64,000 nt of DNA from a candidate division WS6 bacterium OLB20 (GTDB lineage Bacteria; Patescibacteriota; Dojkabacteria; B142; OLB20), in the NCBI GenBank assembly GCA_001567355.1, contig JYNZ01000003.1:678762-742761 (forward strand), in the 5' to 3' direction. Made by a program: the position numbers and the translations under genes. Of the stretch, positions 1 to 9,775 are shown in pieces. The notes under the pieces were generated by a model. It was not told the origin of the DNA. It searched no databases and saw only the letters and a program-made list of their open reading frames with translations. Each line of letters begins with the position of its first letter. Positions within the stretch are counted from its first letter, which is position 1.

Positions 1-250
1 GATCAGTATAATCCCGTGTGCCGCCGATCGTCTCGATCTCGCTGCGTATTCTGTCTGTTGCCTGACGCAGCAGCAGTACACAGTCATCAAGATCTGCCGT
101 GGAGCGCAGTTCGGGTTTGAGCGAGTAGAGTGTGCTGCCTTCAAATTCGCGGGCAATGAGGCTGACTGATCCGGCCTCGGAAGAGTAGATATCCGGCAGA
201 TTTTCTGCGGTGAGGTCAGCGTTCTGAATTGTGGCTTCAGGACTGAGCAT
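1..250 (-). CDS. hypothetical protein, 3' end truncated by window edge (ATG at 250-248; MLSPEATIQNADLTAENLPDIY...)
   Basis: Open frame on the minus strand running off the window start. No recognisable motif. Confidence 0.3.
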   Translation of the reverse strand, partial: MLSPEATIQNADLTAENLPDIYSSEAGSVSLIAREFEGSTLYSLKPELRSTADLDDCVLLLRQATDRIRSEIETIGGTRDYTD

Positions 251-385
251 TATAGTTTACACAGTAGCGTGCGCTGCCGTTTGTGTAAAGTCCTGCAGCC
301 CTGCCTTGGAAGAGCCGTTTTGCCGGATACCCGCTCATATCTGCAGCACCTGACATCATGTTGCAGACAGGTGTTGTGCCTGCTT

Positions 386-802
386 TTATGAGTAGATATC
401 GCTGACCTGCAGCGGCCTGGTCTCGGTGACCCTGGTCAGCATGGTCAGAAGCGACTGGCGTTTTTTGCGTGGTGACTGCTCGCTGTTGTATCTGGGTTCG
501 TAGAGTTCGATCTCGCGTTCGGCAATCAGGATGGCCTCGCGATCGCTTGAGCAGATCATAAAGCTGAAGTGCGTGACCTCGGAACGTTCAAACTCATCGT
601 ACTCCTCAAGCAGGCGCTCACGCAGGTTGCCGTCATGAGCCATCCCGACCTTCATGATCGGAAAGATGGAAGCTCCGTGCAGGTAAAAGACACCGGCAGA
701 GTCGGGGACAATGTCCTTGATGATGGTTTTATTAAGCGGGATCAGAAGCGTTTGCATGGGTGGCAGGGTAATAAATAAACTTCTGTGTACCCAGTATACC
801 AT
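386..802 (-). CDS. hypothetical protein (138 aa; alternative start M16 at 757)
   Basis: ORF track. Acidic C-terminal half. No family recognised from sequence. Confidence 0.35.
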   Translation of the reverse strand: MVYWVHRSLFITLPPMQTLLIPLNKTIIKDIVPDSAGVFYLHGASIFPIMKVGMAHDGNLRERLLEEYDEFERSEVTHFSFMICSSDREAILIAEREIELYEPRYNSEQSPRKKRQSLLTMLTRVTETRPLQVSDIYS

Positions 803-813
803 TTTGTCTGTTT

Positions 814-1713
814 TTGTATACCATCTGCGTATACCTTTCGGCTATATTTCGGTTGGATGGTAATTGTCCCAGCCATGCGGTACAAATAGGTATGGCATTT
901 GTAACCCTTGGAGGTATCAGGACAAACTACAGCGTACATGGTAACGGCAGACCGCTGATATTTGTACACGGAGCATTTGTCAGCGAGGATATGTGGCTGC
1001 CCCAGATCGCATTTTTTGCTATTCGCGGGTACAAGGTTGTCACATATGATTTGCGTGGCCACGGTAAGACGGATCCGTCACGCAGCGCGTATTCAGTCAG
1101 TGACCTTGCCCATGATCTTGCACTGCTTGTCAGGGCACTGGAGATTAAAGAGTATGACATATGCGGCGTTTCCCTTGGTGGGGCTGTCATTCTGCAGGCC
1201 GTTGCTGAGGGCAGGATCAATCCCCGAAAGGTCATTGTTGCCGATACGATATGTGATCTGCGGGGAGATCGTGATGTGTTTCTGCTCAAGCGGATATTAC
1301 CCCGTATCAGTATGCTGCTGCTTCTCAGGTTCACCAGTCCCTCGTTCTGGCTGACAATACTGCACAGGCTGATACAGATCCACAGTCCTGACTCGCGCAT
1401 GTTCAGCTCGGTCAGCCGGGATTCGCTTGCGCTGTATGTTTCAGAAATGAATAAACAGGGCCTGGTCCAGCTGGTGGATATGCTGTACCGGTTTACGCAT
1501 GTGCCTGCAAAACTGGTCACAAAACCGGTGCTGATCCTCCGCGGTGCAAAAGAATCAGGATTATTTGTGCGGCAGGGGGAACTGCTTAAACAGCGTCTGC
1601 CTGGTCCCGTAACAGAGAAGATCTTTCCGGATTCGGGGCATGACGCCAATCTGATCGAGCCGGATCTGTTTAATCAGACTGTACTTGATTACCTGCAGGC
1701 GCCTGACCTTTGA
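814..1713 (+). CDS. alpha/beta-fold hydrolase
   Basis: HGxxxxxxxW nucleophile-elbow context: FVHGAFVSEDMW, GHGKTD, and GVSLGG (GxSxG) motif typical of alpha/beta hydrolases. Confidence 0.8.
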   Translation: MYTICVYLSAIFRLDGNCPSHAVQIGMAFVTLGGIRTNYSVHGNGRPLIFVHGAFVSEDMWLPQIAFFAIRGYKVVTYDLRGHGKTDPSRSAYSVSDLAHDLALLVRALEIKEYDICGVSLGGAVILQAVAEGRINPRKVIVADTICDLRGDRDVFLLKRILPRISMLLLLRFTSPSFWLTILHRLIQIHSPDSRMFSSVSRDSLALYVSEMNKQGLVQLVDMLYRFTHVPAKLVTKPVLILRGAKESGLFVRQGELLKQRLPGPVTEKIFPDSGHDANLIEPDLFNQTVLDYLQAPDL

Positions 1714-2062
1714 TACGGTGGGCAACCGACGCCGCAAATGCATCCCTGAGCTGATCGATCGTGGCTTCTGATGCCGTGTTAAACAAAACGATCACTGCCT
1801 CAAAGTTCTGTTCAAGATCAGGAAGAAAGCTTTTGATAACCTCGCGTATCAGCCGTTTACCACGGTTGCGGGCGACAGCATTCCCTACCTTTTTGCTGGC
1901 AACAATACCAAAGCGGGGCAGGGCAAGAATGCCCTCGGAAGGGCTGACTTTAACATGGTCGCGGAAATAAATCCGGAAGTATGGCGTGTTGATACGCCGA
2001 CTGTGTTTATAAACTTTGTCGTACTCGTTGGATGTGCGTAACCTGTGGGGCTTGCTCAGCAT
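1670..2062 (-). CDS. rnpA: ribonuclease P protein component
   Basis: Conserved RNR-type motif ...GNAVARNRGKRLIRE..., ~130 aa. Lies immediately downstream of rpmH as in most bacteria. Start taken at the internal Met (MLSKPHRL) abutting the rpmH stop. Confidence 0.8.
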   Translation of the reverse strand: MLSKPHRLRTSNEYDKVYKHSRRINTPYFRIYFRDHVKVSPSEGILALPRFGIVASKKVGNAVARNRGKRLIREVIKSFLPDLEQNFEAVIVLFNTASEATIDQLRDAFAASVAHRIKGQAPAGNQVQSD

Positions 2063-2063
2063 G

Positions 2064-2249
2064 TTACCGGCGTCTTGAGAGGCGCTTGTTCTTGTCAGAA
2101 CGTACCTCGTCAGACACACTTAGACCATCGCGCTTTTTGGTACGGCGTGACTTGAGTACGCGGCGTCCGCCTACGGAACTCATGCGTGCTCTGAAACCGT
2201 GTTTGCGCAGTCTTTTTAGCTTTTTAGGTTGATATACTCTTTTTGGCAT
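2064..2249 (-). CDS. rpmH: 50S ribosomal protein L34 (with ~16-aa basic C-terminal extension)
   Basis: [40 protein letters not shown] matches the canonical L34 sequence MKRTFQPSxxKRxRxHGFRARM...GRxVLxxRRxKGR. Confidence 0.85.
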   Translation of the reverse strand: MPKRVYQPKKLKRLRKHGFRARMSSVGGRRVLKSRRTKKRDGLSVSDEVRSDKNKRLSRRR

Positions 2250-2362
2250 AGCGTTGTAATTTTACCATACCGGAGTGCGTTTGCGCGAGTGGGCAAATGC
2301 GCAAAATACAAAATTTAGGCCTGATTAAGACCTGAAGAGAACGATTTTGCTACAATAAAGCC

Positions 2363-3412
2363 ATGAAAGTTAAATCTGCGTTCCTGAAAGAGGCGTATTT
2401 CTTTGCTCTGATACTGATCCTGCTGATTGCGGTTATCCTGGTGTTTGCTCCGTTTCTAAGCGTTATTGTAGCCGCCTTTATTCTGGTCGAGTTTTTTATG
2501 CCTGTTTACCGGCGTCTCAAAGAGACAGTCTCACCATGGCCGGCATCAATTCTGACCACGCTGATAGCTGTTACCACGGTTGTGCTGCCGCTGGCATTTG
2601 TTTTAATCCTTGCTGCTGCCGAGGCGGTGACCTTTAGTGCCCGGATCGCTGATTTTCTGCGCGACGCAGGGATTGTTGACTCGACAGGTGCGGTAAGCCT
2701 GCTGCCGTTTGCCTATATCTTTGAGGCACTTGATATTGATGTGACAACTATCAGTCTCCGTGACCTTATCATCCAGGCCGGTGCCCAGACCGGACAGCTT
2801 GTCTACGGTCTTGTTTCGGTCGCTATCAATAATTTTGCCAATATTCTGATCAAAGCCTTCTTTATGATCTTTACCATGATCTATCTGTTTGTCGATTATG
2901 ACAGGATAGGGGATGGTATCCGTAAGATCAGTCCGCTTCCTGATGATCTTGAGGACATTTTTGCACAAAAGTTCCGCTCAACCACGCGGGCAGTGATCAA
3001 GGGTACATTTATCATCGCAGCGCTGCAGGCCACATCAGTTGCTATTCCGATGGCACTTATGGGTATTGAGCCGGTAGTGCTCTGGTGGGTGATCATGGTG
3101 GTTGTCAGTGTCATCCCTGTAGGATCGGGTGTTGTCTGGTTTCCTATCGGCCTGTTGCTTATTCTCGCAGGCAGACCGGTCGAGGGTCTGTTCCTGATCG
3201 TCTATTCGGCAGTTATCATCAATGTTGTCGATACCACCTTCAGACCGCGCCTGATCAAGCGCGATACCAATCTGCATCCTGTTATCGCTCTGTTCAGCAT
3301 CCTTGGTGGGCTTAATCTGTTCGGACTGCCCGGCCTTATTTACGGACCGCTGATCGCTGTGTTTTTCCTGACGATCATGGAGGTCTACCGTAAGCGCTAT
3401 CAGACATCATGA
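2363..3412 (+). CDS. AI-2E family transporter (UPF0118/PerM-like permease)
   Basis: 349 aa with ~8 TM segments. C-terminal ...GLPGLIYGPLIAVFF... region typical of the AI-2E/UPF0118 family. Confidence 0.65.
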   Translation: MKVKSAFLKEAYFFALILILLIAVILVFAPFLSVIVAAFILVEFFMPVYRRLKETVSPWPASILTTLIAVTTVVLPLAFVLILAAAEAVTFSARIADFLRDAGIVDSTGAVSLLPFAYIFEALDIDVTTISLRDLIIQAGAQTGQLVYGLVSVAINNFANILIKAFFMIFTMIYLFVDYDRIGDGIRKISPLPDDLEDIFAQKFRSTTRAVIKGTFIIAALQATSVAIPMALMGIEPVVLWWVIMVVVSVIPVGSGVVWFPIGLLLILAGRPVEGLFLIVYSAVIINVVDTTFRPRLIKRDTNLHPVIALFSILGGLNLFGLPGLIYGPLIAVFFLTIMEVYRKRYQTS

Positions 3413-3684
3413 GTATCCTTTCACGCCTTAAACCATCCCGCAATGTCGCAGCCATGCTAATGGTAAGCCTTGTGGTCGCGCTGCTTGTCCTTGCCTACAT
3501 GTTTCTTGTCGGAATACCGATGACTCAGGCACGCAATGCTTACAATAAAGCGCAGATTGCCTACGAGCGGGGAGATTACGATGATTCACGGGAGTACCTT
3601 GATGAGTCCCTTTCCATCTGGGATACACAAGAGGCCCGTGAGCTGCAGGATATGCTTAAAGACGTTCAGAACTCCTCCGAATAG
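3409..3684 (+). CDS. small membrane-anchored protein (one TM, acidic helical tail)
   Basis: ORF with a 4-nt overlap to the upstream gene. One clear TM helix. Confidence 0.4.
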   Translation: MSILSRLKPSRNVAAMLMVSLVVALLVLAYMFLVGIPMTQARNAYNKAQIAYERGDYDDSREYLDESLSIWDTQEARELQDMLKDVQNSSE

Positions 3685-3793
3685 TATTCCGGATCTCTTA
3701 GAATATTACGGGTATAGCTCTTATTCGTGAGTGTACCTTCTGCCTTGCGCGCTCCTGCCAGTTTTCTGACAACAGCAAATGATGTCACAATGA

Positions 3794-4959
3794 TCAGCCT
3801 GCGGCAGCAACGATTACAAGAGTTGTTCTTCCGATTGCGTCTACTGTTTCGTTCTGGCTGATACGGACCGGATCCGCGATCACTTCAGGTACATAGATAG
3901 CAAGCGGACTTGAAAGCTCTGACTGACTGTCCGAGCTGATAGACCGGATTGCATAGTAGTACGTAGTATTGGGGCTGATGCCGGCGTCCTCCATACTAAG
4001 TGTTTCGGCACCAACTCGCTTCACTTCACGGTAGCTTGCGCCCTCATCAGAGCTGCGGTAGAGGATAAAACCGTCAATGCTTTTATCTGTCAGGTTCTTC
4101 CAGGTGATGTGTACTGTCCTGATTACGTCTTCGGGGTTGATCTCAAGGGCCAGAATTGACGGCGGCAGCAGAACATTGCGTGATACGGTGGTGCGCTGTG
4201 CCCCAAGTACATTACTGTCCAGGGATGTTGTAAACGTGCTGTTTCTTGTTGTGGTTTTGTTGCCTGCCGCATCGGTGACCGTTACCTTGTAATGGTACGT
4301 CAGTCCCGGACTCAAGCCGTCAAGCAGGTGTTCATGAAACAGACCCTGCATGTCCACTGTTTCAGTCTCGCCATACCGTGAGGTTTTTCCGTAATCGATA
4401 GTCACTTCCGCGGGTTCGCTCAGTTCCCAGTAAAATTTTACCGACTTGCTGCCGATCTCAAAGATCTCCAGCTGATTAAGTACCGGGTCGGTACTGTCCG
4501 GAACAGTATAGACAAGATCGATAGTGATGTCGCTGAGGGTTACATCTGCATCGGTCTCGAGATCTGATGCCTGCAGCATGATGCCGGCTGCATCACCGCG
4601 CAGCCAGGACTGAACGGTTGCAGTCATATCCTGCAGCTGTTTGGGACCGGCAACACTGAGTGCCTTTGCATCAAGAATGTCCGAGGTCTCCTTGTTCACA
4701 AATCTGAGGATTCCGTTGCTGGTACCCTCCTGAACATAGGTAGCGTTGCTGAACTGATCCGTGCGCTGACGGGAATGGCGAGCACATCAAAGTTGATCTC
4801 TACCAGACTGACATCTCCTGCCTCGCTTCCTGACAGAGCAGCAGTCTGTGGGGATGCTGTGAGTACCTTTGGTGGCGGCACCTCAGACGGCACAGGTGAC
4901 TGAGCCAGCACGCCGGCAGGCAGTAACAGTAATAACAAAGCAGGTAATATCCGGATCAT
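3794..4959 (-). CDS. secreted fibronectin type III (FN3)-repeat protein; signal-peptide exon (4696-4959) and FN3 body (3794-4699) separated by a frameshift in 4699-4786
   Basis: Upstream ORF encodes a signal peptide MIRILPALLLLLLPAGVLAQ. The downstream frame is open through an ~88-nt overlap. Two FN3-like modules (…YHYKVTVTDAAGN…, …YYYAIRSISSD…). Confidence 0.6.
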
Positions 4960-4966
4960 GAGATTA

Positions 4967-5485
4967 TTATACAGGTTGCTCCCGGCGCATGAGCACTTCG
5001 GGGATAACTTTGCCGCCCGGCAGCTCTATCAGATCCTCTTCCAGTTCGCCTATCAGTTCAAACCTGAATTTTGCGTAGTAATCAATTGCCTGCTGGTTGT
5101 AGGCAGCGACATGGACTTCAACAGTGCCCGGACCGATCCATTCCAGCGCCGTCTCCATCAGCCGGCTGCCGATCCCGCCTCCCTGATACTCCGGCAGGAC
5201 ATATGCGGCAAGGATCTGCTGCTTTCCGTCGGCAATCGAGGCAACGATGAATCCGACAACAACGCCGTCGTCGGTTGCAACCCAGGTATGTGTATGATCC
5301 TGGTTTTCAAGATAGGAGCGCTGCTTGGCTATGCCGACCTTTCTGTCCCTGAAGCGTTCGCGGATCAGATCAATGGTGATTCCCAGTCGCTGGTTGGGAT
5401 ACGTGGAAAGCCATGTGGTGGTGCGGACATCAAATATCTGTGCTGCATCTTCAGGCGACGCGTGACGGATTACGATCTCTCGCAT
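4967..5485 (-). CDS. GNAT family N-acetyltransferase
   Basis: Acetyl-CoA binding motif YVLPEYQGGGIGSRLM (R/Q-x-x-G-x-G/A). Confidence 0.8.
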   Translation of the reverse strand: MREIVIRHASPEDAAQIFDVRTTTWLSTYPNQRLGITIDLIRERFRDRKVGIAKQRSYLENQDHTHTWVATDDGVVVGFIVASIADGKQQILAAYVLPEYQGGGIGSRLMETALEWIGPGTVEVHVAAYNQQAIDYYAKFRFELIGELEEDLIELPGGKVIPEVLMRREQPV

Positions 5486-6014
5486 TAGTGGTTATGACTT
5501 CAGTTTCAGTCATAATAACATCCACAGGCTGGTCGTGCGAGTCCGGTGCAAAATCCTCGATCTGCTCACTGAAGCAGAGCCCTATTCGGGTGCTGCGGGG
5601 ATTGATGGCATCAAGAAATCTATCATACCATCCGCCGCCACGGCCGACACGGTATCCGGCGCGCGAAAAGGCCACGCCGGGGAGTATTATCAGGTCGAGT
5701 CGTTCAAGTACTGATGGATCTGCCTCGGCAGGCGGGATTTTAAACGTTCCTGCGCTTGCAAGCTCTTCTACAGACCGTACCTCTCCAACTGCCGGTCTGT
5801 CTACAAACGGCAGCAGCAGGAGCCTCTCAGGGTCGTTAAACAGGGGTCTTGTGTCCACCTCGTGACCGACGGGATAATACAGCAGAACTGTGTGCGCACT
5901 TATATACTCAGGCCGCTGTACAAGTGACTTGATAATCATGCCCGAACGTTCCGTGGCCGTCGACATATCGATCCTGGAAAGGATTTTGTAGCGGAGCAGC
6001 GTTTTTGCCTGCAT
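5451..6014 (-). CDS. 5-formyltetrahydrofolate cyclo-ligase
   Basis: ILPGVAFSRAGYRVGRGGGWYDRFL matches the 5-FCL (MTHFS) signature GxGxGYYDR. 35-nt overlap with the downstream GNAT gene. Confidence 0.7.
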   Translation of the reverse strand: MQAKTLLRYKILSRIDMSTATERSGMIIKSLVQRPEYISAHTVLLYYPVGHEVDTRPLFNDPERLLLLPFVDRPAVGEVRSVEELASAGTFKIPPAEADPSVLERLDLIILPGVAFSRAGYRVGRGGGWYDRFLDAINPRSTRIGLCFSEQIEDFAPDSHDQPVDVIMTETEVITTNARDRNPSRVA

Positions 6015-7202
6015 CTAGCGGAGGTAATCTTTAAGCGCCTGGGCGATCTCGTCGCTTTTCAGGCGTTTGAGTGCTTTAGCCTCGATCTGGCGGATACGTT
6101 CGCGGGTGACCTTGAATTCATGACCCACCTCTTCAAGGGTGCGGGACACGCCATCTTTAAGACCGAATCTGAGCTCAAGTACTTTACGCTCACGGTCGGT
6201 AAGACCGCCGAGAATTTCGGTAATCTGCTTTTTGAGTGATGCCCACGTGGCAATTTCGGACGGGCTGGCTGAAAATTCGTCAGGAATGATGTCTCCCAGC
6301 TTACTGTCTTTTTCTTCGCCGATTGGTGCTTCAAGTGAGGCTGGACGCTGAGCGATGCGGATGATTTCGTTTACCTTTTCGGTATCCATCTCCATCGCGT
6401 CTGCAATCTCCTTGATCTTGGGACGTCTGCCCAGTTTGGCTGCCAGCTGGCTTGATACCTTGCTCAGTTTGTTGATTGTCTCAATCATATGTACCGGTAC
6501 ACGGATTGTACGTGCCTGGTCAGCGATGGCGCGGGTGATAGCCTGGCGGATCCACCAGGTTGCATATGTTGAAAACTTAAAGCCTTTGCGGTATTCAAAC
6601 TTTTCAACTGCGCGCATCAGACCGATGTTGCCTTCCTGGATCAGATCCAGAAGGTCGAGACCGCGTTTGGCGTACTTTTTGGCGATTGATACAACCAGGC
6701 GCAGGTTTGCGGTTGTCAGAAGCTCGCGGGCCTCCTGGTCGCCTTTTTCTATCCGCTTGGCAAGCATAACCTCTTCCTGTGCATTAAGCAGGGGAATGCG
6801 ACCGATCTCATGCAGGTACGCACGAATCGGATCAGTTGAGACATGTGAGCGGATCTTTTTTAAAATACGGACCTTCTGTTCAAACGTCATTCCTTTGCCT
6901 GACGGGTTTGAACGCACCTCAGTTTCTTCTTCGGGGGTTTCATCGGGTTCGATTATCTCGATGTCATCGTCCTGCAGAGTATTAATGATGTATTCAAGCA
7001 GGTTCATGTCTTCCTCGACCTGTGGAAAACGTTCCAGCACCTGGTCCTGAGTCAGGTAACCCTGTCCTTTACCGATATCAACAAGCTCTTTGACGAGTTC
7101 TTTTTTTCTTTTGACTGATGGCCATAGTGGAGTTTCAGATATTAAACGTATTCTGCGTATGTATAATAACGTAGCAGTAGCAATTGTATCATACATATTC
7201 AT
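6015..7202 (-). CDS. rpoD: RNA polymerase sigma factor, sigma-70 family (primary, RpoD-like)
   Basis: Region 2 ([70 protein letters not shown]) and region 4 ([27 protein letters not shown]) are canonical. An acidic region 1.1-like N-terminus is present. Confidence 0.9.
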   Translation of the reverse strand: MNMYDTIATATLLYIRRIRLISETPLWPSVKRKKELVKELVDIGKGQGYLTQDQVLERFPQVEEDMNLLEYIINTLQDDDIEIIEPDETPEEETEVRSNPSGKGMTFEQKVRILKKIRSHVSTDPIRAYLHEIGRIPLLNAQEEVMLAKRIEKGDQEARELLTTANLRLVVSIAKKYAKRGLDLLDLIQEGNIGLMRAVEKFEYRKGFKFSTYATWWIRQAITRAIADQARTIRVPVHMIETINKLSKVSSQLAAKLGRRPKIKEIADAMEMDTEKVNEIIRIAQRPASLEAPIGEEKDSKLGDIIPDEFSASPSEIATWASLKKQITEILGGLTDRERKVLELRFGLKDGVSRTLEEVGHEFKVTRERIRQIEAKALKRLKSDEIAQALKDYLR

Positions 7203-7272
7203 CTTTTATCCGGCTTGAGGCACTGATTGCGGATTTGCTATTATACTAGTAGTTTTTACTGTCCTGCTGCAG

Positions 7273-8178
7273 GTGTCTATCTATAGCTATAAAAAAGCCC
7301 CGGTTCGATACATCCCGAGAGAGGAACGTGTCCTGCCCTCAGAACCCGCACCGGAGCGTGAGATTGTACTCGAATACTCCCCCGAACAGCTGAAGCGTTA
7401 CAAGTCAGGCGTCACCTTGTGGGATATTCTGGCCGGGCTTGCCTCCGAATTTACCGATGCGCTTATCCGTTCGCGTGTTGCCGGACTGCTTGTGCCGGTG
7501 ATCCTGATCCTGTTTGGCGTAAACATCATCTACCGTGAGGTCTGGCCCGAGATAGAGCAGCAGGTAAAGTACGCGCTTGGATACTATGATGTAACAACCG
7601 TTCCACTTGTCGCCGGTGACTATGTTGAGCGTGCTGAATTTCTGTCTAACCCCGGTTCGCGCTACTTTGCAGAACTGTCGGAGGAGGCAGAGGAGGCACA
7701 CGTTCTGATTCCGGATCCGATAAGCAATAACTATCAGGGAAGGTTTAAACTCTCCATTCCAAGCCTGGGTCTTGATGATCTGCCTGTAACTGCAAATGTT
7801 GACAGCGGTGTTCAGGAGACATATGATGCTGTACTCAATTCGGGACTTGCTCACTTTGAAGGCACCGGACTGCCGATATCCAACATTGAGAATAATATTG
7901 TAGTATACGGTCACAGCAGCTCAGGCGATTATTATGAACGTACCGGCGATATCGCAGGTGCCTTTTCTCTCCTGAACAAGATCAAGATCGGTGATGAGAT
8001 AGAGGTTGAGATGGAAGGGCAGATGTACCGTTACAGGGTATACAAGAGCAAGATTGTTCAGCCTGACGATATCTCAATCATCACCGGGCAAAAAGACACG
8101 CGCACGCTTACGCTGTTCACCTGTTTCCCTAATGGTAACAGCGCCAACCGCTTTGTGGCGATCGCCCGGCCTGTGTGA
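7273..8178 (+). CDS. sortase-family transpeptidase
   Basis: N-terminal TM anchor. Catalytic His (VVYGHSS) and TLxTC motif (TLTLFTCFP), then a conserved Arg (ANRFVAIA). Confidence 0.8.
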   Translation: MSIYSYKKAPVRYIPREERVLPSEPAPEREIVLEYSPEQLKRYKSGVTLWDILAGLASEFTDALIRSRVAGLLVPVILILFGVNIIYREVWPEIEQQVKYALGYYDVTTVPLVAGDYVERAEFLSNPGSRYFAELSEEAEEAHVLIPDPISNNYQGRFKLSIPSLGLDDLPVTANVDSGVQETYDAVLNSGLAHFEGTGLPISNIENNIVVYGHSSSGDYYERTGDIAGAFSLLNKIKIGDEIEVEMEGQMYRYRVYKSKIVQPDDISIITGQKDTRTLTLFTCFPNGNSANRFVAIARPV

Positions 8179-9072
8179 TCATTCTCCCGGCGCTTCGTAG
8201 CGGAGCAGAAGCTGTTCAAGCCGCCGCTGGTTCTTTGCCGAAAGCCGGCCCTGTTCTGCCTTCCCTGCAATGTGCCTCACCCCGTGATAGAGCATTCTCA
8301 GCTGGAAGTGTGAATCCATAACCCTGGTGTAGGAACGTAAGACAGCAGACCGGAATATGTCTGGATAGTGGTTAATAAACGTAAAGTCATACGCAGGATC
8401 ATTGATGCGGATATCACCGAAGTCAATCACAGACAATATTCCCGAATCGTCTCTGAGTATGTGTTCCGGCTGCATGTCGGAATGATTAACAACCACCTCA
8501 AATCCGTGCGTTCTCACAGAGTGAATGTAGTCCGCCGTCAGTGAGAGTATCTGTTCCATATATCCCGTTTTCTCAAAAATACCGGTGCGGTTATAACGGT
8601 CTGTCATGTCTGAAATGTAGTCTGCATAGTCAGATGGATCAATGACTTCATACCCGATAGCTGCAACTTCTGCAACGGATAGGCTATGCAGTTCAGTAAG
8701 AAATACACCCAGCTGTCGTGCAATCTCTGTCTGTGCATCGTCTGAAAGTTCTTTAATGGATGCTGGTAATAGTGGTGAACCCTTCAGGTAAGGGTAGGAG
8801 ACAGCTGTAAGTCCGCCAGCAAGTCCGCGGTGTATTTGCATTCGTGGAGTCTGCATGCTGAAAGTGCTGCCGAACTTCTGCAGAAAAGCGTATTCACGTT
8901 CAAGGATCGCACTGCCTTTGTAATTTGCAAACCAGGGCATTCTGACAACCGTTTCATTGGCGATAAACACGACATGGTCAAAGCCCTCGGTATTCGTCTC
9001 CCATTTGCTGATATTGGGAAAGAGCTCCTGTAAAGCCTGCTGATGCAGACTCAGATCGTGTTGTTTTGACAT
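8179..9072 (-). CDS. phosphotransferase (APH/choline-kinase-like) family protein
   Basis: Catalytic-loop motif VVNHSDMQPEHIL (HxDxxxxN) and VIDFGD (DFG) of the aminoglycoside phosphotransferase / eukaryotic-like kinase fold. Confidence 0.7.
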   Translation of the reverse strand: MSKQHDLSLHQQALQELFPNISKWETNTEGFDHVVFIANETVVRMPWFANYKGSAILEREYAFLQKFGSTFSMQTPRMQIHRGLAGGLTAVSYPYLKGSPLLPASIKELSDDAQTEIARQLGVFLTELHSLSVAEVAAIGYEVIDPSDYADYISDMTDRYNRTGIFEKTGYMEQILSLTADYIHSVRTHGFEVVVNHSDMQPEHILRDDSGILSVIDFGDIRINDPAYDFTFINHYPDIFRSAVLRSYTRVMDSHFQLRMLYHGVRHIAGKAEQGRLSAKNQRRLEQLLLRYEAPGE

Positions 9073-9097
9073 GCGCAGGTCGTTAAGATTTCTGGGC

Positions 9098-9153
9098 GGT
9101 TAAGGACATGTAAAGCACATGCATGATAGATGGGGACACCCCTTGGTTCCCCC
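9098..9153. repeat. copy 1 of ~55-nt composite intergenic element (GGTTAAGGA ...~30 nt... GGGGacaCCCCttGGTtCCCCC)
   Basis: Shares ordered sub-motifs with 9669-9721: TTAAGGA, ATGnATGnTA, then G4-5/C4/GGT/C4-5. Confidence 0.5.
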
Positions 9154-9191
9154 TTGATTTCAGTATAGCCGATAGAGTGGTGTAAAGTCCT

Positions 9192-9656
9192 TTACAGAGG
9201 TTTAAGTGTAAAGAGAGCCTGCTGCGCATAAAACCGGATATCATCCTTGAGATCCATCTCTTTGAGCGCCTGTGCATCTACCCAGACAAACTGCTCGCTC
9301 CTGTCGCTTTCTTCCCGGGGATCAACCGCGTCTGTCTCTGACGATGCGAAATATATGAACTCAACATGTTCGTGTGTGTCGCTGATCCGGTGTCTGTTTA
9401 CATAGAGTGGTGGAATGACCTCTGAAGACTGATTGCTGCCGAGCAATGAGGGGCGGGGGTTGTACAGGGTCACTGTAAGTCCTGACTCCTCAAGGCATTC
9501 ACGCAGTGCAGCCTGGGCAGGATCCTCGTCAAGCTCAATATGTCCGGATGGAACGCCCCAGAAGTCATACTTGTCATGATAACGCAGCAGTACTGTACTG
9601 TCGAAAACAACAAACGTGGCAACAGTAAAATCTATGTGATCGTGAATGTGTGGCAT
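9192..9656 (-). CDS. NUDIX hydrolase
   Basis: Nudix box GHIELDEDPAQAALRECLEESGL (Gx5Ex7REUxEExGU). Confidence 0.8.
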   Translation of the reverse strand: MPHIHDHIDFTVATFVVFDSTVLLRYHDKYDFWGVPSGHIELDEDPAQAALRECLEESGLTVTLYNPRPSLLGSNQSSEVIPPLYVNRHRISDTHEHVEFIYFASSETDAVDPREESDRSEQFVWVDAQALKEMDLKDDIRFYAQQALFTLKPL

Positions 9657-9668
9657 CTTCGATCAGGT

Positions 9669-9721
9669 GTTAAGGATTAATTACGAGATGTATGCTAGGG
9701 GGAAGCAACCCCGGTATCCCC
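9669..9721. repeat. copy 2 of ~55-nt composite intergenic element, nested inside a 9-bp inverted repeat (TTAAGGATT 9669-9677 / AATCCTTAA 9756-9764) that also encloses a 12-nt palindrome GCACGTACGTGC (9736-9747)
   Basis: Direct comparison with copy 1. Palindromes read directly from the sequence. Confidence 0.5.
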
Positions 9722-9775
9722 TTACGCACAGTCTAGCACGTACGTGCCTGTTAAATCCTTAATGAAGAATGAAAC

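Noticed and set aside
927-1649. 240-aa ORF antisense to the alpha/beta hydrolase
   Set aside because: Ser/Arg-rich low-complexity translation. Fully embedded antisense to a well-supported gene.
2064-2249. Possible rpmH-rnpA translational fusion because L34 is 61 aa
   Set aside because: A TAA stop (2064-2066) separates them and the rnpA ATG follows at 2062. The extension is just a basic tail.
2250-2362. Possible replication origin or dnaA-associated region upstream of rpmH-rnpA
   Set aside because: No DnaA-box-like TTATCCACA clusters and no dnaA gene adjacent. An AI-2E transporter gene lies next to it. Treated as an ordinary divergent promoter region.
6355-7050. 231-aa ORF antisense to rpoD
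   Set aside because: Shadow ORF of a highly conserved gene. Ser/Arg-rich with no motif.
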